From NCBI GenBank assembly GCA_030390025.1, contig CM059425.1, forward strand, positions 173,416,001-173,480,000: DNA of 64,000 nucleotides, in the 5' to 3' direction. Positions 48,345 to 60,240 of the stretch are shown here, piece after piece. Each line of letters begins with the position of its first letter. Within the stretch, counting starts at the first letter, position 1. Position numbers and translations under genes: made by a program. This stretch comes from Squalus acanthias (lineage: Eukaryota). The notes under the pieces were generated by a model, which made no database searches, was not told the origin of the DNA, and saw only the letters and a program-made list of their open reading frames with translations.

Positions 48345-48847
48345 TCAGTAATGGTTACCATGCCATACCCTCCAATTTTGAATTCGTGCCTGCAGTTCAT
48401 TCAAATTATTCCTTATACTCTGTGCGTTTGTATAAAGAACGCTTTATTTGGGCCACACACCCTAGCCTGTCCTTCGGCTCTAATGTTTTACTCACATGTT
48501 TCTTATTTCTCTCTCCTGGTTTAATCACTTTACATCTTTTAGTTTTCCCTTTACCTGTAGTGCCTAAAGCACAATTTCTGACTGTTACTCTACTCTCTTC
48601 CCTTTCATTTGTTTTTGAACTACTATTTGTACTACAATTTCCATCTGAGCCTTCCCCCCCATTTACTAGTTTAAAGTCCTTGTGACCTCCCTATTTATCC
48701 TTTCTGCTAGGACCCTGGTCCCAGACTGGTTCAGGTGGAGCCCATCCCAACGGTACAGTTCCTCCCTGTCCCAATACTGGTGCCAGTGCCCCATGAAATG
48801 GAACCCCTCTTTCCCACACCACTCCTTTAGCCACGTGTTCACTTCCA

Positions 48848-51800
48848 CCCACCACATCAAGCTCGCGGCTGGCTGCTCGGAGACAAGGGTTATCCACTCG
48901 CCACCTGGCTGATGACACCCCTCTGCAACCCCAACACTCCTGCTCAGCACGCATACGATGACAGCCATACCGCCACCAGGAACCTGATCGAACAGATTAT
49001 CGAGGTGCTAAAGCAACGGTTCCACTGCCTTGACCGCTCTGGAGGAGCCCTGCAGTACTCCCTGATCGAGTCTCCATTTCCATTGTTGTGTGCTGCATGC
49101 TGCACAGCCTGGCCATTCTGAGGGCCCAGCCATTGCCACCAGGGATTGCAGATCCACCTCAGGAGAAGGAAGAGGGACATGAGGAGGAGGCGGAGGGGGA
49201 GGATGAAGAGGAAGAGGAACAGCAGCAACGGAGGAGGGAAGCACTCAATCTTGCTTCTGCAAGGGCCGTGTGTGAGCGCCTCATTAGACAGCGCTTCCAA
49301 TGAATGATATATCACATGGCATTTGCACAAAACAACCACATCATTACAGCCAGCTCGCAGTCCCTATCACCGGGCAAAGGTCAAATGAGAAACATCACAA
49401 AATGTGCAACGTCAAATTAACAATTTATTATCAAACACAACTCTCTCTTATGAAAGACAACAATTCATAAACAAACACAACCATTTATCAACAAACACAA
49501 CTCTTTCTTATCAAACCAAACACAAATATTTATTTATAAGCATAACTATTTGTTCACAAAAACAACAATATCTTTACAAACACATCAATTTATTATCACA
49601 CACTACCCCTATTTGCTACTAAAGTATTCTTTACTCCCCCTTCTTCAATGATTTCCCTCCCCTTTTGAGTTCCTCCCTCCCAACCTTACTGCTCCTCCGT
49701 AATGTGGCCCCAGTGGCTGCAGCAAGGCTGGAGGAAGGCTGCTGAGTCTGGGATCCAGAGACTGCAGATGGCCTTGAAGGGCGCCCTCGACCAGCTCTGG
49801 GCCTGGAGGGCCCGGCTGCAGACTGCACCACCTCAGCATGGGCGGCAGCAGTCTGGGCTGGCTGGGTTACAGGCTGCGACAAGTGCAATAGCAGAGTGGC
49901 AGTGGTGGGAGCAGGAATGCTGTCATCCTGAGAGAGGACAGCACCTTCCTGCTCGACCGACACACTGCCACTCCCCCGGGGCAGAATCTCAGCACCCGGA
50001 GCAATCTGCTCGTGCACAGATTGCTGGCCTCCTGCGGCACCGTGAGATCCCCGGTGGACTGTGGGCGACCCAGCGACGATGGTAGCAGTCAGCGCTTGCG
50101 TGGCATCAATCGGAGACTGCATGAGAGCAGCCTGAGACTGGATGGCACCAACCAATGACTCCATTACAGCACTAAGCGTTGCTTCTGCCTGTGCTGCAAT
50201 AGCTGCTGCCACCTCACCCATGACACGCGGCATGAGGTCTGGGTCCCCACGGTCTCTCTGTGAGTCAACCATCCTTTGCAAACTGCCAAGGATGGGCTCG
50301 ATGGTGTGAGCAGAGATGAGAGCAATGTTGGAGGCGGACTCCATCACGCTCCTTGCCAGTGCATCCATGCTCTTGGGCACCCTTGCCATTGCACGCATGA
50401 GCTCGGTGTGCATGCCCATCGCCCATCTGTCAACGCCTCCACATCGAGGTCCTCATCTGAGTCCTGTGCAGTAGAACTCGCACGTGCTCCCACCCTCCGG
50501 GGAGATGGTGCCTGAGCTTCCCTTTCCCCATGGCGTTGCTGCAGCGCGCTGGGTCCCAGAGCTTCACCCACATCAGACCCATCTACTAGGCTCTCCTCCA
50601 GTGACTGCCTCGCCCCATTATTGGACCTAGAGCCTTCGGGAGACACAGGCAGCGAGGCTCTGACTGTTCTTCCTCCTCCTCTTCCGCGTTGCTGCCACTG
50701 GGAGGCTGAGGAACAGGCTGGTCATGTGGTGGCTGATTATCTGAAAGCATAAAGGCACAAGAATGGGGTTAAGATCAGGGGAGGGGGGCAGGAAGGGAGC
50801 AAGGAATGAAGACAATATACTTAGATGGAAAGTGGGAAAGGCTTGTGGTGTGAGGGGGATTGGTATGAGAGAAGAGGGAGAGGTGATGAACATACCGTTG
50901 TTGTCCCCAAGGGGGTCGACGTCTCTGACAGCCACAGCGCCCACGACATGGGCAGCAATGATGCGGCCCACTCACTCCACCAGGTCTGTAAGGGGGTGCA
51001 GGTCCGCCTCACCTCTTCCCATTCGTACCTGATTCCTCCTTTTGTGAGCAAGCTTGGCCTCCAAGAAAAAGGAAAGCGTGTGAGTGAGTGTGCAGCTGTG
51101 TGTTTGGCAGATGTGCTTACCATAGTTGAATAGATGTTAATGTATACAAGGCATGAGATGTGGGTGTGACTTTTAGTAGGTAGGTATAGTTGGTGGGTGA
51201 GTGTTGGGGATGTGGCGGTTTATACCGTCTGTGGACAGAGTGAGGTTGAGATGGTGGCATGCAGAGGTTTTTGAAGCATTTACTCACCCTGACCACCTGA
51301 GTGAGGTCGTTGAATTTCTTCCGGTACTGGATGGGAGTTCTGGGGACCACACTTCTGGCCGACACGTGCTGGGCGACTTCCCTCCACATCCTCCTAAAGG
51401 CCTGTGGCAATGGCCTCCTGCCAGTGTCCGGGAAGAGCACTGCCCGTCGGCGTTCCACGGCCATGACCAGAGCCTCCAAAGGCTGGTCGCTGAACCGGCT
51501 CTCTCTCTCTCTGGGCCTCTGATCAGCCATTACTTCTTAGGTGAAGGCTTGCAGCTCCTTGTAGGCCCAGTTCACAAGCAGCAATGATCAGAGTGAGGCT
51601 GTGCAGCATGATTAAACCTCCCCTTTAAGAATTGGAAGGTGCCAGTCTGCCTGACGACTTTCTAATTGACAGCGCCGGAACTTGATTAGCATTCTGAAGG
51701 TAGCGCCCCGCTCTCCGACGTTAGCACCCTAAGAGAAGTGTGTAGTGCTTGATTTAGCGCTCCACTTCCCTCTTGGAGCACTAAAACTCAATTTCGTGGT

Positions 51801-51886
51801 CGCCGGCGCTAATTAGTGTCGGGCGCTAGAGTTAGCGCCCAGGCAATGTTAGCGCCCCAAGATGGTCAATAGCAAATTTTTCCCCC
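48848..51886. mobile_element. Diverged Harbinger, one end truncated (transposase 3' part on +, full Myb gene on -)
   Basis: TIR AATTTTTCCCCC ending 51886; WLLGDKGYP...NLIEQII...RQRFQ* at 48870-49303. Confidence 0.9.
49631..51530 (-). pseudogene. Harbinger Myb/SANT gene, 3 exons (51530-51288, 51058-50896, 50740-49631), frameshifted in exon 3
   Basis: RFSDQPLEALV...WREVAQ...YRKKFNDL; same splice positions as 6132-8010; homologous C-terminus (MHTELM...QSAAGPSRPR...LRRSS). Confidence 0.85.
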
Positions 51887-52224
51887 TCAATCTGCACAGT
51901 TACTCCAAATTAGTTCAAAACCAAAAACAGGACTCAATATCTCAAACATAATACACGTTTGTATACATGCTTGGAGAAAGTAATTAACAAACTTAAAGCA
52001 GCATATGCTTATAGAAAAGGCATTGATTAAAATGTTTAAAATACTTCCAACATGAAACACAAGATTACAGAGGGTTAAATTGCTTTCAGCTCCGTGAAAA
52101 GAAAAGAGTGTGGAGCTGACACCGAAAACAAACATCGCACAGACACTTTTTTAAAGAGACTTTCAAACAAAAGAAATGGTGTAACTTGTTAAACATTGCT
52201 AGGTCAGCAAACTTCCACACATTC

Positions 52225-53519
52225 ATAAGGAAAGACACCACGGATTTGTTAAAGGCAAATCATGTTTACCTAATTTGATTGAGTTTTTTGATGAGGTAAC
52301 ACAGAGGGTTGATGAGGGCAATGCGGTTGATGTGGTGTACATTGACTTCCAAAAGGTGTTTGATAAAGTGCCACGTAATAGGCTTGTCAGCAAAGTTGAA
52401 GCCTGTGGAATAAAAGGGACAGTGGCAGTATGGATACAAAATTGGCTAAGTGACAGGAAGCAGAGAGTAGTGGTGAACAGTTGTTTTTCGGACTGGAGGA
52501 AGGTGTACAGTGGTGTTCCCCAGGGGTCGGTACTAGGACCACTGCTTTTCTTGATATATATTAATGACTTGGACTTGGGTGTACAGGGTACAATTTCAAA
52601 ATTTGCAGATGACACAAAACTTGGAAGTATAGTGAACAGTGAAGAGGATAGTGATAGACTTCAAGAGGACATAGACAGGTTGGTGGAATGGGCGGACACG
52701 TGGCAGATGAAATTTAACGCAGAAAAGTGCGAATTGATACATTTTGTTAAGAAGAACGAGAAGGCGCAATATAAACTAAAAAGTACAATTCTAAAGAGGG
52801 TGCAGGAACAAAGAGACCTGGGTATATGTGCACAAATCGTTGAAGGTGGCAGGGCAGGTTGAGAAAGCAGTTAAAAAGGCTTACAGGATCCTGGGTTTCA
52901 TAAATAAAGGCATTGAGGTACAAAAGCAAGGAAGTTATGATGAACCTTTATAAAACACTGGTTCAGCCTCAACTGGAGTATTGTGTCCAATTCTGGGCAC
53001 CGCACTTTAGAAACTATGTGAAGGCCTTAGAGCGGGTGCAGAAAAGATTTACTAGAATGGTTCCAGGAATGAGGGACTTCAGTTATGTTGATAGACTGGA
53101 GAAACTGGGGTTGTTCTCCTTAGAGCAGAGAAGGTTGAGAGGAGATTTGGTAGAGGTGTTCAAAATCATGAGGGGTCTAGACAGAGTAGATAGAGAGAAA
53201 CTGTTCCCATTGGCGGAAGGGGTGAGAGCCACAGGACACAGATTTAAGGTGATTGGCAGAAGAACCAAAGGAGGCATGAGGAAAATCTTATTTACGCAGC
53301 GAGTGGTTAGGATCTGGAATACACTGCCTGAAAGGGTGGTGGAGGCAGACTTAATTGCGGCTTTCAAAAGGGAATTGGATAAGTACCTGAAGGAAAGAAA
53401 TTGCAGGGCTACAGGGAAAGGCGGGGGTGGGACTAGCTAAAGTGCTCTTGCAGAGAGCTGGCACAGGCTCGATGGGCCGAATGGCCTCCTTCTGTGCTGT
53501 AACCATTTTATGATTCTAT
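52225..53519 (+). mobile_element. 5'-truncated CR1 whose (attctatg)n tail is split by MITE-A
   Basis: ORFs 52275-52862 and 52913-53440; tail resumes at 54412. Confidence 0.92.
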
Positions 53520-54411
53520 GGGGGAAAAATTCAGTTGGTTGCGCCTCCCGTTAGCGCCTTAAGAGGGCGCTAATGGGGCGCAAAGCAACTAGTGCCCGGG
53601 CGCGGCGATGTTTCCGCCGCTCGTGAAATTAACTAGACATTTTGCGGCGGCGCTAAACAGTACCGCCACGATCTCCTGCGCCGGCAGATCGTGACGTCAG
53701 TCGAGTGCGCAACGCCCCGGTAGTGCCCGGAGCGTATATTGAGTGGCGCCCCCTGCCTTACCGCCTGCCGCTTGCAACGACAGGTTGAGGGGAGCGTTCT
53801 GCAGTCATGAAGGGAAAGGGGGAGCGCTATTTAAAGGTGATCTCTTCCTGCCTTTTATTCTCGGTGCCATTTTTGAACTACGCATTCTGAGAGAGAGAGA
53901 GAGAGACTTCTGGAGAGATTCAACGTTGTGTGAAGGAGTTTTGGGTACTGAGCAGTACTTTGCAGGTTCATTTTGATTTGCCATTCCTTGTATCGATTTA
54001 GAAGAGATTGTGGGGGCTGCACTCTGAGCTCTTTGCCTGGTACTCTCCATTGTTCTTTCCAGCAGATTTGATGTGCAGGTCTCTCCAGGCCGAGATTCAA
54101 GGCTGCAATGAGCAGGATGTGGATGGAAAGCAAGATTAACCATCCCCTTTAAGAACTGGCCCGTGCCATTGTGTCTGTGTTCCATTGCTGACTGACATCA
54201 CATGAGCTTCGCCAGCGCTCTGAGGTAGCGCCTCGCTCCTCGGCCTTTGCGCCTTAAGACTGGTGTGAAGCGCCTGATTTAGCGCTCCAATCACCTCCAG
54301 GGGCGATAAAAGTCAAGTTTGCAGTCGGTGGCGATAATTAGCGCCAGGCACTAATCTTTGCGCCCGACCGATAATTGCGCCCCAAATGGGGCGATACTGA
54401 ATTTATCCCCC
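53520..54411. mobile_element. Harbinger MITE-A with TAT TSD
   Basis: attcTAT|GGGGGAAAAATT...AATTTATCCCCC|TATgattc. Confidence 0.95.
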
Positions 54412-54502
54412 TATGATTCTATTCACGCACAATTTTATCCTTCACAACAATTTTAATTCTTGCTGTGAGCTTTTAACTTCTTTCTCTTTTGTTATACTTC
54501 AA

Positions 54503-55010
54503 GGGGGAAAAATTGAATGGCGCCCCTTCACCGGAGCGCTACCTTTACCGCCCCGAAAAAATTAGTGCCCCAGCGCCCGAAATTCACCAATAGCGCCCCA
54601 AGAGGGAGACAGGGCACTACTGGAAGCACCCCGCCTCCCTCTTGAGGCGCTGTGAGGGAATATCACTGCGCCGCGGTACTGCAGGCCTTCCTCCCCTTCT
54701 TAAAGGGGAGGGGCCTAGCGCAGCGCGACCCAGGGCCCAGCTGGGCCACCAGGGATCGGAGTGCCGGCAAAAGAGCCCGGCACTCAAGAGAAGTGCCGGG
54801 CTCACAGAGCGCAGCCGGCACTCCGCGGGGGGCCTGCAGAGGAGGCCAGGGACGGCAGAGGGGGCAGGCGCTGGCAGGCGGCCAGCAACAAAAATGGTCG
54901 CCTGGCACCTCCCCTTTAATTTGCGCCGCCCCGGCCACAAGTAGGCATAGCGTCCAGCGGTAAGTCAGGGGGCACTAACAGGAGGTGCAAAGCAACCAAA
55001 CTTTTAGGCC
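54503..55010. mobile_element. Older MITE-B relative with CAA TSD
   Basis: CAA|GGGGGAAAAATT...AACTTTTAGGCC|CAA; internal homology to 56224-56996. Confidence 0.8.
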
Positions 55011-55056
55011 CAAGTGTCCAACTCAAGGGTTTAAATGAAACTCTTTCACAGTCTTT

Positions 55057-56212
55057 GGGGTAAAAATTGAGTCGCGCCCCATTTGGGGCGCTAACCTCGC
55101 CGGGGCGCTACTTTTAGCGCCCCGAAAAAATTAGCGGCCCCGCGCCGGAACTTCAGTGGTTGCGCCCCAAGAGGGAAGCGGGGCGCCACTGGAAGCACCC
55201 CGCATCCCTCTTGGGGCGCTGCGAGGGAATATCCTGGCGCTACGTGCCGCAGCGCCAGGCGCTGCGGCACGTCGCGCCGCGGTATTGCAGGCCTTCCTCC
55301 CCTTCTTAAAGGGGAGGGACCCTGCGCAGCGCGAACCGGGGCCCAGCTGGGCCCCCAGGGATCGGGAGTGCCGGGCTCTTGGAGCGCAGCCGGCACTTCA
55401 CGGTGGGGGGGCTTCACGGGGGCCGGGGACAGCAACGGGGGCAGGTGCTGGCAGGCGGCCAGCAACAAAAATGGCCGCCTGCCACCTCCCCTTTAAATAT
55501 CGCCGCCCCGGCCGCACGTACGCCTCCCTGAACCCGTCGGACATAGCGTCTGGCGGTAAATCAGGGGGCGCGACTGAAGATCACGGCCGGGGCGCAAGCG
55601 GGGAGCTGCGCACGGCGATGACGACCCGAGTGAGGTCGTTGAACTTTTTGCGGCATTGAGTATGGGTCCTGGGCACCATGCTCCTGGAGGAGACGCTCTG
55701 AGCCACCTCCCTCCACACTCTTCTGTACTCGCGTGGCAAAGGCCTCCTGCCACTCTCAGGGAAGAGTATACATCTTCTGCGCTCCACCGCGCCAACCAGA
55801 GCATCCAAGGCCCGCTCGGTGAAGCGATGAGCTCGTTCTCTCACCCTCTCCATCCTTGGCAGCAAAATGGATTCACAGGTCTCTCCAGGCCGAGATTCAA
55901 GGCTGCAATGAGCAGGGTGTGGCTGGGGAGCAAGTTGGCCCCCCCCGCTTTAAGAAGTGGCCGGCGCCAGTGTGTCTGTGTTCCCTCGCTAACTGGCAGC
56001 AGCTGCGCTGCGCTCGCGCGCTGAGTTAGCGCCTCACTGCTCGGCCTTTGCGCCTTAAGACAGGTGTGCAGCGCCTGATTTAGCGCTCCACTCACCTCCC
56101 GGGGCTGTAAAAGTGAAGTTTCCAGTCAGTGGCGATAATTAGCGCCAGGCGCTAATATTTGCGTCCAGACGATATTTGCGCCCCAAATGGGGCGCGACCT
56201 AATTTTTCCCCC
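55057..56212. mobile_element. Chimeric Harbinger: MITE-B 5' part fused to an inverted left end plus Myb exon 1 of the autonomous family
   Basis: TIR at both ends; junction at shared TGACG (55619-55623); ORF 55581-55865 is Myb exon 1. Confidence 0.88.
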
Positions 56213-56223
56213 TATGACTCTAT

Positions 56224-56996
56224 GGGGTAGAAATTAGGTCGCGCCCCATTTGGGGCGCTAACCTCGCCGGGGCGCGACTTTTAGCGCCCCGAAAAAATTA
56301 GCGGCCCCGCGCCGGAACTTCAGTGGTTGCGCCCCAAGAGGGAAGCGGGGCGCCACTGGAAGCACCCCGCATCCCTCTTGGGGCGCTGCGAGTGAATATC
56401 CTGGCGCTACGTGCCGCAGCGCCACGCGCTGCGGCACGTCGCGCCGCGGTATTGCAGGCCTTCCTCCCCTTCTTAAAGGGGAGGGACCCTGCGCAGCGCG
56501 AACCGGGGCCCAGCTGGGCTCCCAGGGATCGGGAGTGCCGGCAAAAGAGCCCGGCACTCAAGAGAAGTGCCGGGCTCTTGGAGCGCAGCCGGCACTTCAC
56601 GGTCGGGGGGCTTCACGGGGGCCGGGGACAGCAACGGGGGCAGGTGCTGGCAGGCGGCCAGCAACAAAAATGGCCGCCTGCCACCTCCCCTTTAAATATC
56701 GCCGCCCCGGCCGCACGTACGCCTCCCTGAACCCGTCGGACATAGCGTCTGGCGGTAAATCAGGGGGCGCGACTGAAGATCGCGGCTGGAGCGCGAGCGG
56801 GGTGCTGTGCACGGCGATGACGTCATCGCCGGCGGCGCAGCGCCACAGGGCGCTATCGGCTGGCGCCGCCGCTAACCTCCCGCTGAATTTTGCGGGAGGC
56901 GTGGGCGGCGCTGCGCCCGGGCGTTAGCTGCTTTACGCCCCATTAGCGCCCTCTTAAGGCGCTAACGGGAGGCGCAAGCAGCTGAATTTTTCCCCC
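56224..56996. mobile_element. Harbinger MITE-B (GC-rich, internal hairpins)
   Basis: TIRs GGGGTAGAAATT / AATTTTTCCCCC; inverted near-identical copy at 62286-63058. Confidence 0.93.
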
Positions 56997-57435
56997 ATGG
57001 TCTGCTGTGAAAGGACTGATGTTAATCTCTCCTCCTCCTCTTGTGCTTTATCTTTCTCAACCTGTATTTTGTCTTTAACCTCACACAGGTCTGCATCTGT
57101 CATCACTTAATTTTTTTTAAATTTAAAATTGTGAGACCATTTGAGTATCTCTCATCACGTTAAACAACCCAAATCATGAGTCCGTGTTGCCATGTTAAAC
57201 AACCCACCCCGTGAGTCCATCTGTGAACCCATCACAGTACCGCCCCTGGACTATTACACAGGTGTCTTACAACCCAAAAAGTCATTAACAGGTACAACAA
57301 CCTAAACACATGCACAGAAACTTTGTACAAAACTGCACCTTGAGGCTCCACGTTAGTGCGAAAATATGTGAGTAACTTATATGAGATTCAATCTTTGATA
57401 CTCAAAGACTAGAGGGAGCCTTGTACAAAATATAA

Positions 57436-59530
57436 GGGGGCTATTTTCACCGCTGTAGCACCGGTAGTTTAGGTGCTAAAGAGCCTCCGAGGTGGCCAAG
57501 ATGGGGCCTTGAGCTGCAACGCCAGGTTAGCCCACCTTTAACGCAAAACACCATCTTGGTAAAGGAGTTTAAGTGCACGCTAAGAACAGCCGCCCCGAGG
57601 ATGATTAAGCCTCTGATTACCAATTAAATTGGCTCTAACCCTCATTGAAGAGTCTGCACGCCATGTTGCTGGCTCGCGCTGCAATTACTGACCTCTCCTA
57701 AGTCCTAACCAATGTTCCCATTAAGCTGCAAGGCCACGCAGCTGTCCGGAGCTCCCGCGCAGGCTGCTTGCCGGCTTTACAATAGGAAAAACCGCACATG
57801 CGGGGTTATTTGAATGGGCTATGCATCCCGTTAAAGGGGCCGGGCACCCAAAAAAATATTAAATTGCTCCTAACTGTGGCCAGTAGAACAGGAGTAAAGA
57901 AGTCGTTGGTGAGGATTGCAAGCGTTACTTAAAGCCATGCTCAGCTTTCACTGTTCACTTGCTGATTGAGATCGATTGACTATACTGTGTTTGAAGAGGA
58001 CTTTTGTTACACATCAGGAGACTTTCTGGGACACTTTGTCAAGACTTCACCAACACTCTATCAACAGTTTTCCCGGATATTCTCTCAGGACTTCACCTAA
58101 AAAGCGTGAGTGCAGTGCTACTGTACTTTATTGGAGACCTTATAGGAGTCACCAGGAGAAAGGGAGTGGTTGGTCATGGGGATCTTGCTAGGGGACCCTC
58201 TTGGCCTGGAGGAGGAATGGGAGGAGGAGATGAGGCCAGGCAGAGCAGCACCAGCTGCTGGAGGAGAGAGGGAGAGGAGGGCGAGTTGGGCTCTCAGCAG
58301 GAGGCCCTATCTACCCAGGGCCTTCAGAGAGCACTACTGCTATATTCACATGACCCAAGACCAGTGCATGAGGAGGCTGCGCTTTACCAAGGACATCATT
58401 ATAGAGATCTGTGGCCTCGTGGAACAGAGACTCAGACCTTGCAGCATAGCCAGGACTGTATTGCCTGTGCCAGTCAAGGTCACAGTAGCACTTAATTTTT
58501 ATGCTACTGGAACCTTCCAGGCTGCCACAGGTGATATAAGTCACATATCACAATCCAGTGTACACTTCTGTATTAGGGAGGTCTCTGAGGTTCTACCTGC
58601 TCTGAGGAATTGCTATATATCATTCCTTAATGCCAGAGAAGACCAGAGACAGAGAGCTCTAGGATTCAACAGGATTGCGGGATTTCCCATGGTCCAGGGA
58701 GCCATTGATTGTACACCTGTGGCCATGCGAACCCCTCATTTAATCTCGGAGGTGTTCAGGAACAGGAAGGGATTTCATTCCCTCAATGTGCAGCTCGTGT
58801 GCGACCACCGGCAGTGCATCACGCAGGTGAATGCCTGCTATCCAAGAAGCTGCCACAATGCTTTTACAATGAGACAGTTATCTGTCCCACAGACCTTTGA
58901 GCCCCAACGCAATGTGCATTACTGGCTACTAGGTGACAAGGGATACCCTCTGATGCCATGGCTCATGACTCCCCTGAGAAAGCCCCAACTACCAGCTGAG
59001 CACTCACACAATGAGAGCCACTCAGCCACCAGGAATATCATTGAGCAGACCACTGGGGTCCTCATGCAGAGGTTTACATGCCTTGACCGGTCAGGAGGTG
59101 CCCTGCATTACTCGGCCGAGAAGGTCTCCAGATTCATGCTGACTTGCTGCATGCTCCACAATCTGGCGTTCATGAGAGACCAGCCGTTACCACCAGCAAT
59201 TGTGCCAGAGGGTCAAGCTCAGGAGTCACAAGAGGAGGAGGAAGAGGAGGAGGTTGAGGATGAGGATAAAGACGAAAGGGACCAAGGGGAGCACCAGAGG
59301 GTTCCAGCTAGACAGCCCACACCTGGGAGGGACGCTCACCACCATCTAATTGAAGACCGCTTTTGAGACACGTCTTCCACCATCAGACTTCGGAGCACTG
59401 TTGCCACAGGTCTTACCTTCCACAACTGAGAATCCATCAAGAAGTCCACCATCTGCACTCCTTTCAACCCCTTCCCCTTGAAGAACACAATAAAAAAGAT
59501 CACCAATTCCACCACTAGCCAATTACCATT
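57436..59530 (+). mobile_element. Harbinger of a further family, transposase half only
   Basis: TAA|GGGGGCTATTTT TIR-like start, GC-rich subterminal region, transposase ORF; ends at a LINE fragment. Confidence 0.7.
58176..59366 (+). CDS. Harbinger (HARBI1-like) transposase, uninterrupted ORF
   Basis: [54 protein letters not shown], acidic tail. Confidence 0.92.
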   Translation: MGILLGDPLGLEEEWEEEMRPGRAAPAAGGERERRASWALSRRPYLPRAFREHYCYIHMTQDQCMRRLRFTKDIIIEICGLVEQRLRPCSIARTVLPVPVKVTVALNFYATGTFQAATGDISHISQSSVHFCIREVSEVLPALRNCYISFLNAREDQRQRALGFNRIAGFPMVQGAIDCTPVAMRTPHLISEVFRNRKGFHSLNVQLVCDHRQCITQVNACYPRSCHNAFTMRQLSVPQTFEPQRNVHYWLLGDKGYPLMPWLMTPLRKPQLPAEHSHNESHSATRNIIEQTTGVLMQRFTCLDRSGGALHYSAEKVSRFMLTCCMLHNLAFMRDQPLPPAIVPEGQAQESQEEEEEEEVEDEDKDERDQGEHQRVPARQPTPGRDAHHHLIEDRF

Positions 59531-60240
59531 ACCAAAACTGAAGTCAATGGGAATCAGGGGGAATACTCTCCACTGGCTGGAGTCATACCTAACACAAAGG
59601 AAGATGGCTGTGGTTGAAGGTCAATCATCACAGCCCCAGGACATCGCTGCAGGAGTTCCTCAGGGCAGTGTCCTAGGCCCAACCATCTTCAGCTGCTTCA
59701 TCAATGACCTTCCCTCCAACATAAGGTCAGAAATGGGGATGTTCGCTGATAACTGCAGAGTGTTCAGTGCCATTCACAACTCCTCAGATAATGAAATAGT
59801 CCATGCCCGCATGCAACAAGGCCTGGACGACGTTCAGACTTGGGCTAATAAGTGGCAGATAACATTCACGCCACACAAGTGCCAGGTAATGACTATCTCC
59901 AACAAACGGGAGTCTAACCACCTACCCTTGACATTCAATGGCATTACCATCGCCGAATCCCCCACCATCAACATCCTGGGGGTCACCATTGACCAGAAAC
60001 TTAACTGGACCAGCCACATAAATACTGTGCCAACAAGAGCAGGTCAGAGGCTAGGTATTCTGCGGTGAGTGTCTCACCTCCTGACTCCCAAAGCCTTTCC
60101 ATCATCTACAAGGCACAAGTAAGGAGTGTGATGGAATATTCTCCACTTGCCTGGATGAGTGCAGCTCTAACAAGAAGCTCGACGCCATCCAGGACAAAGC
60201 AGCCCGCTTGATTGGCACCCCATCCACCACCTTAAACATT
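59531..60240 (+). mobile_element. RT fragment of a distinct CR1-group LINE family
   Basis: [45 protein letters not shown]; clearly diverged from the neighbouring CR1s. Confidence 0.8.

Larger units (their letters stand above)
45131..48847 (-). mobile_element. Degenerate CR1 (ORF1 C-terminus, ORF2, tail) interrupted by a Penelope fragment
   Basis: ORF fragments 45672-47757 and 48666-48850 (DGLHLN); tail at 45131. Confidence 0.9.

Noticed and set aside
49420..49620. Repeated ttatcaaacacaac motifs between the convergent genes
   Set aside because: Imperfect local duplications in a 3' intergenic region, not shared with the other element.
54617..56927. Many overlapping GC-rich ORFs as genes or a CpG-island promoter
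   Set aside because: They lie inside MITEs; stop-poor composition explains them and no domain is recognisable apart from Myb exon 1.
57169..57218. Short duplication gttaaacaaccc...tgagtcc
   Set aside because: Two imperfect copies only; no further structure.
58170..59366. Host gene HARBI1
   Set aside because: Intronless, preceded by a TIR-like end and closely similar to transposon copies in the window; no evidence of orthology.
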